Of a stretch of 56,544 bases of DNA, positions 33,469 to 40,553 are shown one piece after another. The notes under the pieces are model-generated. The model was not told the origin of the DNA. It did not search any database and worked only from the letters and a program-made list of their open reading frames with translations. A program made the translations under genes and the position numbers. Origin of the DNA: a virus (Duplodnaviria > Caudoviricetes); the IMG/VR virus record IMGVR_UViG_3300046779_000899, positions 1 to 56,544 of that record. One strand, given 5' to 3'. Positions within the stretch are counted from its first letter, which is position 1. Each line of letters begins with the position of its first letter.

Positions 33469-35751
33469 ATTAAAACCCCAAGATTTTTTGCAGCGATATC
33501 TTTAATATTTGGATCGCTATTCTGGGCTACCCCAGCTAGTGCATCCACTATGACGCTAGAAGAAGCCCAAGCAGCTCTTGTCATTGCACAACAGGAAGTT
33601 GTTAATGCCACAGAGGCATTAAGCTCTGCCTCAGAGGCAGTTGCTTCTGCCACGGTATCTAGAGATGCTGCACAAGCATCATATAGCCAGGCATTGGAAG
33701 CATATCAAGCAACTGAGCAGGTAATTCCTGGAACATCTTCTACCACAACTCAGAATGTTGTACAGAATGGCACATTTGACAGCACTGCAGGATGGACAAA
33801 CGTTGTTGCAAGTAGCACGGTATATGGAACTGGAGCATCTCCACTTATCTATAATAATACTCTTAAAGGTTCTTATACTGCAGGAATCTACATACAGCAA
33901 ACAGGAACATTTCCAAGTCCAACAAGACAGGTAGCCTTTGCTGTAGACGTTTGGAACTACGACACCAACGAGGGTAATCGCATAAACAACCCAGACTACT
34001 ACCGTATTGAATTCCGCACATATAATGCTGCTGGCACAAGACTAAACTACTACAATCTTGAGTGGTCACAATGGCATGATTGGATTACTAGAGGTGCAAC
34101 ATATACCCTATCTGATGATGCAGTAAGATGGGATATTGGTTTCCGTATGCAGGACCAGGGATACTGGGCAGGAGCGTTTGGTCCAGTTATGGACAATGTG
34201 CGTCTTGAGGCCACTATGGTAACATCTACCCCAGACACTTATACGTATGGTGCAGAGGAAACAGCAGCCAAGGACGCTGCCTACCAAGCTTTGCAAACTG
34301 CACAGGCAGACCTCAACTCTGCCATCTCTGCTCAGACATCTGCCCAGACAAGGCTTAATATTGCAAATTCCGAGGTAGCTAGATTAACAGTTTTGGTAGC
34401 AGAATTAACACCACACCTAAATGCTCCTACAGGACTTACAGCAGTTATCAACGGAGCCAATGTTGATCTATCCTGGACAGCACCGCAGTCCAATCTTTCT
34501 GGGGTAGCTGTAGAGCGTTATGCAATTATGTGGTCTACAACAAACTTTGAGTCTAATGGCTGGGGGTGGTCTCACGATCAAACAACAATCTCTATCCCAT
34601 TAGACATTCTTAGTCAGCATGGTGGATTGGGAAATACATTCCAATTTGCAATTCGTGCAGACAACGATACCTTAGCTATTTATTCAGCAAGATCAAATAT
34701 TGCTTCAGTGCAAACGGTAGAGCCAGATTGGTGGCAAATACAATTTAACGAAGGCGATAGAGTAACTATTGGTGCACCAGAAGGATATGTATTTGGGACA
34801 CCGAGAGCCTGGTACGGATCTCCAACAGACCCAAGCTGTGGAGCTGACGTATCTTCAATTGTTGCTGGATATATTGCTGGCAATGCATCTGGAGATTTCT
34901 ATGCAGACAACGGAGCATTTGGAGATCCATGTGGTGGAGTGTACAAGGTTCTTAGATTAAGCACCCCAATTACGGCTGCTCCTGTTGTAATTGTTCCTAC
35001 ACCAACTCCAGAACCAACTCCAGAACCATCTCCACAACCAAGCCCAACACCTACTGAAACGCCTGTTATAATAGTACCAGAGCCTACACCAGCTCCAACA
35101 CCAGAGCCAACTGTAGAGCCTACTCCAGTGCCAAGTGAGGAGCCAGCTGTTGAGCCAACCCCAGAACCAACCGTTCCATCTGAGGGAGAGCCAACACCGT
35201 CGCCTACGCCTACCGAGACTCCTACTGAAGAGCCAACAGAAGTTGAGCCACAGCCGCTACCAGAACCAGAGCAAACAGAAACCCCAGAACCAGAACCAGA
35301 ACCTGAGTTACGAGTAGAAGAAGCTGTATCAGAGATTGAGAACCTGGTAGAAATAGCCCCAGAAGAGCTTACAGAGGCTCAGGTCGAACAACTTGTAGAA
35401 GCAGCCCTTGTTGTATTTGAAACAGCAGAGCAAGGCTCCCCAGAATATCAGCAGGCTCTTGAAGCACTTGCTGTGGCTGCAGAAGCAGATGATATAGAGC
35501 TACCACAAGAGCTGGCTGCCATACCACTACTTGGTGACGTTGCAGGTGCTGCTCTAGAAATATTTAATAATGTTGGTAACGTAGGTGCAGACATGTCTCC
35601 AGATGTGCGTGAGCAAGCTGAAAAGACTGTTATTGCATCAGTTATCGCTGCTCAGGCAGCAATCGGTGCTGTGGGAGCTGCAACTTCAGCGGCTACATCA
35701 GCAGCAGCATCCGCATCATCAAGTAGCGGTGGAACAAGGAGAATAAAATAA
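33469..35751 (+). CDS. Exported multidomain surface protein (carbohydrate-binding-like, FN3, SUEL-type lectin, Pro/Thr/Glu stalk, hydrophobic C-terminus)
   Basis: APTGLTA...LSWTAP (FN3); YG...C...[12 protein letters not shown] (SUEL lectin); PT/PE repeats. An in-frame signal peptide lies upstream of ATG 33550 and begins at ATT 33469. Confidence 0.7.
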   Translation: MKTPRFFAAISLIFGSLFWATPASASTMTLEEAQAALVIAQQEVVNATEALSSASEAVASATVSRDAAQASYSQALEAYQATEQVIPGTSSTTTQNVVQNGTFDSTAGWTNVVASSTVYGTGASPLIYNNTLKGSYTAGIYIQQTGTFPSPTRQVAFAVDVWNYDTNEGNRINNPDYYRIEFRTYNAAGTRLNYYNLEWSQWHDWITRGATYTLSDDAVRWDIGFRMQDQGYWAGAFGPVMDNVRLEATMVTSTPDTYTYGAEETAAKDAAYQALQTAQADLNSAISAQTSAQTRLNIANSEVARLTVLVAELTPHLNAPTGLTAVINGANVDLSWTAPQSNLSGVAVERYAIMWSTTNFESNGWGWSHDQTTISIPLDILSQHGGLGNTFQFAIRADNDTLAIYSARSNIASVQTVEPDWWQIQFNEGDRVTIGAPEGYVFGTPRAWYGSPTDPSCGADVSSIVAGYIAGNASGDFYADNGAFGDPCGGVYKVLRLSTPITAAPVVIVPTPTPEPTPEPSPQPSPTPTETPVIIVPEPTPAPTPEPTVEPTPVPSEEPAVEPTPEPTVPSEGEPTPSPTPTETPTEEPTEVEPQPLPEPEQTETPEPEPEPELRVEEAVSEIENLVEIAPEELTEAQVEQLVEAALVVFETAEQGSPEYQQALEALAVAAEADDIELPQELAAIPLLGDVAGAALEIFNNVGNVGADMSPDVREQAEKTVIASVIAAQAAIGAVGAATSAATSAAASASSSSGGTRRIK
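34995..35307 (+). repeat. Low-complexity (PT/PE)n coding repeat
   Basis: CCAGAACCA / CCAACTCCA-type iterations encoding [11 protein letters not shown]. Confidence 0.85.
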
Positions 35752-35918
35752 TGAAGAAATTCCTAAATGATATCTTAGGTCAGGCATGGACCCTACTTGG
35801 TATGTTCGTGGCCTGGGTTGTACTAGAAGGATCTGCCAAAACTATTGTTGGCTATTGCATCTTGGGTACGCTAGCCCTATGGGCGGTGACGTATCCATTG
35901 AGAAAGGACGGTGAGTAA
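35751..35918 (+). CDS. Small two-TM membrane protein (not in ORF track)
   Basis: Manual translation [55 protein letters not shown]; TAATG coupling and AAGGAG RBS. Confidence 0.7.
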   Translation: MKKFLNDILGQAWTLLGMFVAWVVLEGSAKTIVGYCILGTLALWAVTYPLRKDGE

Positions 35919-35987
35919 TAGTTATGAACTATTATGAACTACAAGAAAAACTAGAAAAGCTTGACATTTCAGCAGTGGGGTATCAAG

Positions 35988-36194
35988 ATGACTAGACTAA
36001 AAAGGGTAATTGATTATATCAAATACTCAATGGAGCCAGACTCCAAACAACTGAATAAAAAGGCCCTAGAGGCTGCCAAGGATCACTTTAACGGTGTTCC
36101 AAGATATGCTATCTCAATCGATCAATGGATTAGATTTCAGCAAGCATATAAAAATGCATATCGTCACAGATATGCAATTAACCATTTAGATTAA
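35988..36194 (+). CDS. Hypothetical protein
   Basis: ORF from ATG 35988. Confidence 0.45.
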   Translation: MTRLKRVIDYIKYSMEPDSKQLNKKALEAAKDHFNGVPRYAISIDQWIRFQQAYKNAYRHRYAINHLD

Positions 36195-36218
36195 ACCCCC
36201 CAATAGAAAGGATCAAAA

Positions 36219-36491
36219 ATGGAAGAAGAAATGGGAGTAGCAGGAGGACTTGCTACACTTAAAAACGTCATCTGGAGAATTCTAGCTGTCTTTGCAGCAT
36301 CTGGGCTATCTGTCCTGGGTGCTGGTGCTGTGGTAGGCATTGACCTGCTATCTGCTGTATTTATGGCAGGTATCCTAGGAGTGGCCACAGTAGTAGAGAA
36401 GCTAGCCAGAGCCTTCCTAGAAGATGGCAAGCTAACCCTAGATGAGATCAATGCTGCCTTTGCCAAGGTAGACAAGAACGCAGAAGGCTAA
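36219..36491 (+). CDS. Two-TM membrane protein (holin-like)
   Basis: Two hydrophobic helices, then DGKLTLDEINAAF; AAGGA RBS. Confidence 0.6.
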   Translation: MEEEMGVAGGLATLKNVIWRILAVFAASGLSVLGAGAVVGIDLLSAVFMAGILGVATVVEKLARAFLEDGKLTLDEINAAFAKVDKNAEG

Positions 36492-36509
36492 AAACTTTAG
36501 TCCAACCCC

Positions 36510-36566
36510 TTGACGACCCCCTTTAGATGGTGTATACTGTAGAAAAGCTATCTAGAGGGGGTTTTC
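36510..36566 (+). promoter_or_regulatory. Promoter embedded in a terminator-like hairpin that covers the next RBS
   Basis: TTGACG-17-TATACT; arms 36516-36530 and 36548-36562, then TTT. Confidence 0.65.
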
Positions 36567-36568
36567 CT

Positions 36569-36955
36569 ATGGCTACTAAAACAGTTAAATATCCAAAAAT
36601 TCCAACCAAAATTAAGATTGGTGCTCAAGACTGGACAGTCATTGAGAGAGATCGTGCAGACGATGGTTATATTGCAGATGACTCATACGGGTATACTCTG
36701 CAAAAGACAAACGTTATCATAATTGATAAGCATTGTCCACCATCACGTAAACGTCAAACTTTGTTTCATGAAATATTTCATGCCATCAGATTCTCAAACG
36801 GATCTAGCGGCATAAAGCCGAATACAGAAGACGTTCTTCCAGGAGATATAATTGCTACTTGGGAGCACTACTTTATTGCTATGTATGAAGATACTATGCT
36901 AAGTGTTCTTCGTGAAAACCCACAGCTAACAGAATATATTTTAAGTAAAGAATAG
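36569..36955 (+). CDS. HExxH metallopeptidase-like protein
   Basis: QTLFHEIFHAI; start reassigned to ATG after GAGGGGG. Confidence 0.65.
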   Translation: MATKTVKYPKIPTKIKIGAQDWTVIERDRADDGYIADDSYGYTLQKTNVIIIDKHCPPSRKRQTLFHEIFHAIRFSNGSSGIKPNTEDVLPGDIIATWEHYFIAMYEDTMLSVLRENPQLTEYILSKE

Positions 36956-36984
36956 TTGACAAAAAATTATCTTTGGGGTATGAT
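36956..36984 (+). promoter_or_regulatory. Promoter for a leaderless gene
   Basis: TTGACA-17-TATGAT. Confidence 0.7.
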
Positions 36985-36990
36985 ATAACT

Positions 36991-37179
36991 ATGAGCATAG
37001 ATGAAAATGATAAGAGAGATGAAGTCTGGGAATGGCTTCAAATCGGTATAGATAATGGTTGGGTAACAGAGCCATTCTGCTATACTCATGACGGTGATCC
37101 GTACATGACCGAAGAAGAAGAAAAAGAGTGGGAAGACGGAGGAGATCCGTGTGCCCCAGTAATCAAAATTTTAGTATAA
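36991..37179 (+). CDS. Hypothetical acidic protein
   Basis: Leaderless ATG 6 nt after the TATGAT of a TTGACA-17-TATGAT promoter. Confidence 0.6.
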   Translation: MSIDENDKRDEVWEWLQIGIDNGWVTEPFCYTHDGDPYMTEEEEKEWEDGGDPCAPVIKILV

Positions 37180-37195
37180 AAGAAAGTAAAAGGGT

Positions 37196-37999
37196 ATGAA
37201 AAAATTTATTAGTATTGTAGCATCTGCTATTTTTGCAGTATCACTGGCCACCCCAGTACACGCAGAAGAAACAAAGACATTGGCTATTGTTGATAGCTAC
37301 TTTGACCTCTCAAAGCTTTCTGGCAACATTGAGTCAGCCTGTATCGCAGTAGTTGGATGTGAGCTAACTCCAACACCAAAGGCTGGATTTTCAGACGCAT
37401 ACAACCACGGCACAGCAATGGCCGAGATTGCTCTAAAGCAAAATCCAAATGTTAAGCTATTGCTTATTCGAGCAGCTTCAGCAACCAAGAATATTCGAAC
37501 TGGCATTGTCTCCATTGGTACGCTAAATGGAAACGACTTTCTAAAGTCTTTGCAGTATGTTTCTACAAGGTCAGACGTAAATGCTGTATCCTTCTCATAT
37601 AACCTGTCTGGTAACAAGACATGTTCGCTATCTACAACTGGTGGCGTAAATGTTCGAGTCGTAGAACCACAGATCAAGGATGCTATTGTATCTCTTAAAT
37701 CTAAGAATGTCCCAGTATTTTCATCTACTGGAAACAAGGCAGGTGCTGCTGTAAACTATCCAGCATGTATTCAGGAAGTAAACTCTGTTGGGGTTGGAGA
37801 CCTAAATCGTAAGGGTAACATTTCTAGCGTATTTACGTTCGATGCTAATACTGACTACTTCGTAACTGGAACTGTTGCAAACTATAACTCAAAGATCTTT
37901 GGACTAATTCCAAATACCACTTCAGCTGGTAACGTAGCTGCTGCTGCAAAGTATTTGCTAGGATCGCTTGACAGCAAGTTTGTAAACGTGCTACAATAA
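37196..37999 (+). CDS. Secreted subtilisin-like (S8) peptidase
   Basis: Signal peptide ending VHA; AIVDS, NHGTAM, STGN, YPAC, TTSAG. Confidence 0.75.
   Translation: MKKFISIVASAIFAVSLATPVHAEETKTLAIVDSYFDLSKLSGNIESACIAVVGCELTPTPKAGFSDAYNHGTAMAEIALKQNPNVKLLLIRAASATKNIRTGIVSIGTLNGNDFLKSLQYVSTRSDVNAVSFSYNLSGNKTCSLSTTGGVNVRVVEPQIKDAIVSLKSKNVPVFSSTGNKAGAAVNYPACIQEVNSVGVGDLNRKGNISSVFTFDANTDYFVTGTVANYNSKIFGLIPNTTSAGNVAAAAKYLLGSLDSKFVNVLQ
37968..37997 (+). promoter_or_regulatory. Housekeeping-sigma promoter of the first tRNA/ncRNA cluster
   Basis: TTGACA-18-TACAAT with TG extension, 12 nt before tRNA-Asn. Confidence 0.75.
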
Positions 38000-38009
38000 T
38001 ATGTAGCAA

Positions 38010-38081
38010 TCCCCTTTAGCTCAACGGCAGAGCAGAGAGCTGTTAACTCTAAGGTTCCTGGTTCGAATCCAGGGAGGGGAG
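38010..38081 (+). tRNA. tRNA-Asn(GTT)
   Basis: Full cloverleaf; anticodon loop CTGTTAA; TTCGAAT. Confidence 0.95.
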
Positions 38082-38089
38082 CGATGGAG

Positions 38090-38244
38090 ATTAATCACTT
38101 CATTCGTAGGAGGCACTCTACGTAGAAAGCTGCCAGATGTAAGTATCTATAAACTTACCTCGTGGGGTTAGATCCCCTCAGCGGTTAGTTACCGATGTAG
38201 CAATAACTCAGTAGGTGAGGGAGTGATTTACCCAAGATCCTGCA
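38090..38244 (+). ncRNA. Candidate structured ncRNA A
   Basis: No ORF; closing helix plus internal hairpins and a possible pseudoknot (see findings). Confidence 0.5.
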
Positions 38245-38247
38245 CGG

Positions 38248-38322
38248 AGCGGTATAGAGGAGTTCGGAGTCCTCGTAGGCCTCATAAGCCTGAGATCGCA
38301 GGTTCGAATCCTGCTACCGCAA
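38248..38322 (+). tRNA. tRNA-Met(CAT), initiator-like
   Basis: Anticodon loop CTCATAA; A1/A72 mismatch. Confidence 0.9.
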
Positions 38323-38374
38323 CTAATGGTTCCACCTGCACCACTCTTCGGGTATAAGATAAAAGCAGGTAAAT

Positions 38375-38445
38375 GCGGATATTGCATAAAGGTAGTGCTT
38401 CAGTCTTCCAAACTGATGGTGGGAGTTCGATTCTCCCTATCCGCT
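38375..38445 (+). tRNA. tRNA-Gly(TCC)
   Basis: GCGGATA/TATCCGC acceptor, loop CTTCCAA, U73. Confidence 0.95.
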
Positions 38446-38449
38446 CAAA

Positions 38450-38632
38450 CACAGAAACGACGGTTTCTGTGGAGTATGGCTGAATAATCCTCAGAGTCAA
38501 ATGGGGAGGATAAGGCAACTTGGGGACTAGCGTCCAAGCTTAGCAAGCTAAACTGAGGGTGTGCTCAAAAGCGGATCTTACTGGACCGTATTGACTAGGC
38601 ACTGGTGGTAAAAAGCAATCCACCTACTCACA
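38450..38632 (+). ncRNA. Candidate structured ncRNA C
   Basis: At least six helices, including a pseudoknot. Confidence 0.55.
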
Positions 38633-38639
38633 CTACAGA

Positions 38640-38799
38640 CTTACACCTGCGGTTCGTAACTGTTCAGCACCTCGAAAGAGATCAAGTTGTAAGCTATAAT
38701 AGAATACACCACACTTGGTTAATTAAATCTGAGTACAGGCAATAGGTTATCCATGGTGTATCCGTCAAGGTTTGGTCTCCTGCATTGCAAATACGACCA
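38640..38799 (+). ncRNA. Candidate structured ncRNA segment D
   Basis: Three-way junction with GAAA tetraloop, an 8-bp closed domain and a hairpin. Confidence 0.4.
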
Positions 38800-38865
38800 G
38801 GGCTGTATGGTAACTGAAAGCACTTCAGGTGAAGCCATGTCAAACGGTGCAAATCCGACAGCCCA
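38800..38865 (+). ncRNA. tRNA-like RNA without canonical D/anticodon arms
   Basis: GGGCTGT/ACAGCCC-A acceptor-like stem; CGG-TGCAAAT-CCG T-arm-like hairpin. Confidence 0.55.
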
Positions 38866-38869
38866 CTAT

Positions 38870-38943
38870 GGCTCCATAGCTCAGTTGGTTAGAGCACCAC
38901 CCTGTCACGGTGGGGGTCGTCGGTTCAAGTCCGATTGGAGTCG
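38870..38943 (+). tRNA. tRNA-Asp(GTC)
   Basis: Cloverleaf; loop CTGTCAC; G73. Confidence 0.95.
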
Positions 38944-38959
38944 CTCTTTGTACATTGGT

Positions 38960-39092
38960 CTGAACAACCTAGTACTAAGATCGTTATACTGAAATCTGCA
39001 CCGTGGACGCATCAGGAGACGTGGTTCAGCACAATTGACCTGCTCTGCTAACCCACTAGGTATAACAGCTATCAGCTCTTTGCATGGATAGC
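38960..39092 (+). ncRNA. Candidate multiply pseudoknotted ncRNA F
   Basis: Three mutually crossing 6-bp complementarities plus hairpins. Confidence 0.5.
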
Positions 39093-39096
39093 ACAT

Positions 39097-39170
39097 GCTT
39101 CCTTAGCTCAGTTGGCCAGAGCAATCGCCTTGTAAGCGATAGGTCGTCAGTTCGAACCTGACAGGGAGCT
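39097..39170 (+). tRNA. tRNA-Thr(TGT)
   Basis: Cloverleaf; loop CTTGTAA. Confidence 0.95.
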
Positions 39171-39189
39171 CTCAATAGAAAGTGGGACA

Positions 39190-39894
39190 ATGCTAATAGT
39201 TGGCGGTATAGATATTGGAAACAGAATGGACACTAGTCCAAGAATGCTTAATGCAATCTCTCACTTCCAAGTTATTGTAGTAGAAAATATAGAAAGCTTC
39301 AATCGCATGTGCATCGAGCTAGGAATCAATCCTAAAGCCAAACTGATCGAATACTATGCACCTATGGAAGAGTCTAAGGAAAAAGCTGTAGTGCATGAAA
39401 TTCTAGAACACCTAAATCATGGCGATGATGTTCTACTCATGTCTGACGATGGAATGCCAGGCATAGCTGATCCAGGTGGACTTGTAATAGACTTGGCACA
39501 CAGAGTTGGCTACAGGGTTTCGGTATTTCCAGGACCATCAATTGTATCTACATTGCCAGCAGTGCTTGGTGTAGACAGCAGACGATTTACATTTGAGGAT
39601 GAGATCCCATCAGACAGGTCTGAGAGACTACAGCTACTGCAAAAACTGTATGTTGAGGGTAGGGGCGTTGTGTTCATTGTCAAGAATCGTAGAGATGACA
39701 ACTCAAACTTTAAAGAAGTAATTAAAGATATCGCCACAGTAATTCCAGAAGGAAATACTATTGGTATTGGGGTAAACCTAACAATGAAAAATGAGATAAT
39801 TATTAAGTCTAGAGTTGGCGAGCTATATAGTAGAATTGATCACTATAACTTTTCGCAAGAAGATTTTATATCTTTGTATGTAGATTGTAGATAA
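39190..39894 (+). CDS. RsmI-like (tetrapyrrole-methylase fold) SAM-dependent methyltransferase
   Basis: IGNRMDTSPR, LMSDDGMPGIADPG and FPGPS match the RsmI motifs IGNLxDxT.R, SDAGxPxISDPG and PGPS. Confidence 0.8.
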   Translation: MLIVGGIDIGNRMDTSPRMLNAISHFQVIVVENIESFNRMCIELGINPKAKLIEYYAPMEESKEKAVVHEILEHLNHGDDVLLMSDDGMPGIADPGGLVIDLAHRVGYRVSVFPGPSIVSTLPAVLGVDSRRFTFEDEIPSDRSERLQLLQKLYVEGRGVVFIVKNRRDDNSNFKEVIKDIATVIPEGNTIGIGVNLTMKNEIIIKSRVGELYSRIDHYNFSQEDFISLYVDCR

Positions 39895-40553
39895 TGGACA
39901 TCCTTACCGATACTAATTATGATTTTGATATTTGGTACAAGACATATGATCCAAACTTTGTGGAGATGTGTGCCAAATCAAAAGTTCCAGAGAAGTGGGT
40001 ATCATATCAGCCAGTATCTTCTGGAAAATACTCTGACTCAATAATTAAACCAATTAATGCATACGTTCAGAACCTATACCCACCACTAAAGCTTATTGGC
40101 ATATCAGGCAATACTGTAACTCTTAGGCAGCATAATCACGCAGAGATACTTTTGCTAGAGTCCGAGGGCATTCTGAAGGCACTGGACAGGCCATGGATAC
40201 GACAGTTTTATAATTCTAATAATCCAGAGCCAGCTACAGACGATTGCTTTTTAGATGCCTTTGTACTATACATCCCATGGTTTATAGATGAAGATGTCAG
40301 TGTCTCAATTGCTGGAGTAGACGGATCTCCATTTGTCGTATATGACAAGAGCTTTATGTATACCAAGATATCTAATGATGCAAGATATGTAGAGCCAGCA
40401 ATGGTCAAGTTTAGATTTAAAAGAGTCGGAGACCATATGTCTTCAAAATATGTCGGAAAAATCAAAAGAAATACACCTTTATTTGACATGAGCTTTGCGG
40501 CAAATGATATAATTATAGAAAGAGTTAGGAAATTCTATGAAGAAAATAATTAA
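39894..40553 (+). CDS. Hypothetical protein, distant relative of the next two genes
   Basis: C-terminal GKIKRNTPLFDM resembles IKQGTPLIQV. Confidence 0.5.
   Translation: MDILTDTNYDFDIWYKTYDPNFVEMCAKSKVPEKWVSYQPVSSGKYSDSIIKPINAYVQNLYPPLKLIGISGNTVTLRQHNHAEILLLESEGILKALDRPWIRQFYNSNNPEPATDDCFLDAFVLYIPWFIDEDVSVSIAGVDGSPFVVYDKSFMYTKISNDARYVEPAMVKFRFKRVGDHMSSKYVGKIKRNTPLFDMSFAANDIIIERVRKFYEENN

Noticed and set aside
34995-35307. Repeat region as a CRISPR array, DGR or origin iterons
   Set aside because: The repeats are codon-phased, encode a Pro/Thr/Glu linker and have no constant repeat-spacer period; no reverse transcriptase is present.
35922-35995. TTATGAACTA tandem repeat and 23-aa ORF MNYYELQEKLEKLDISAVGYQDD
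   Set aside because: Only two copies of a 10-mer in AT-rich sequence; the ORF is plausible but too short to support.
38082-39095. tmRNA, RNase P RNA, hammerhead or HDV/theta ribozyme calls for the spacers
   Set aside because: No G3-U70 acceptor with a tag ORF, no RNase P P4 consensus, no CUGAUGA/GAAA core and no HDV-type P1 partner that I could place. Left as unassigned ncRNA candidates.
38282-39096. ORF-track entries 38282-38518, 38753-38992 and 38905-39096
   Set aside because: They overlap tRNA genes and have no RBS or recognisable protein features; the same applies to 56087-56275.
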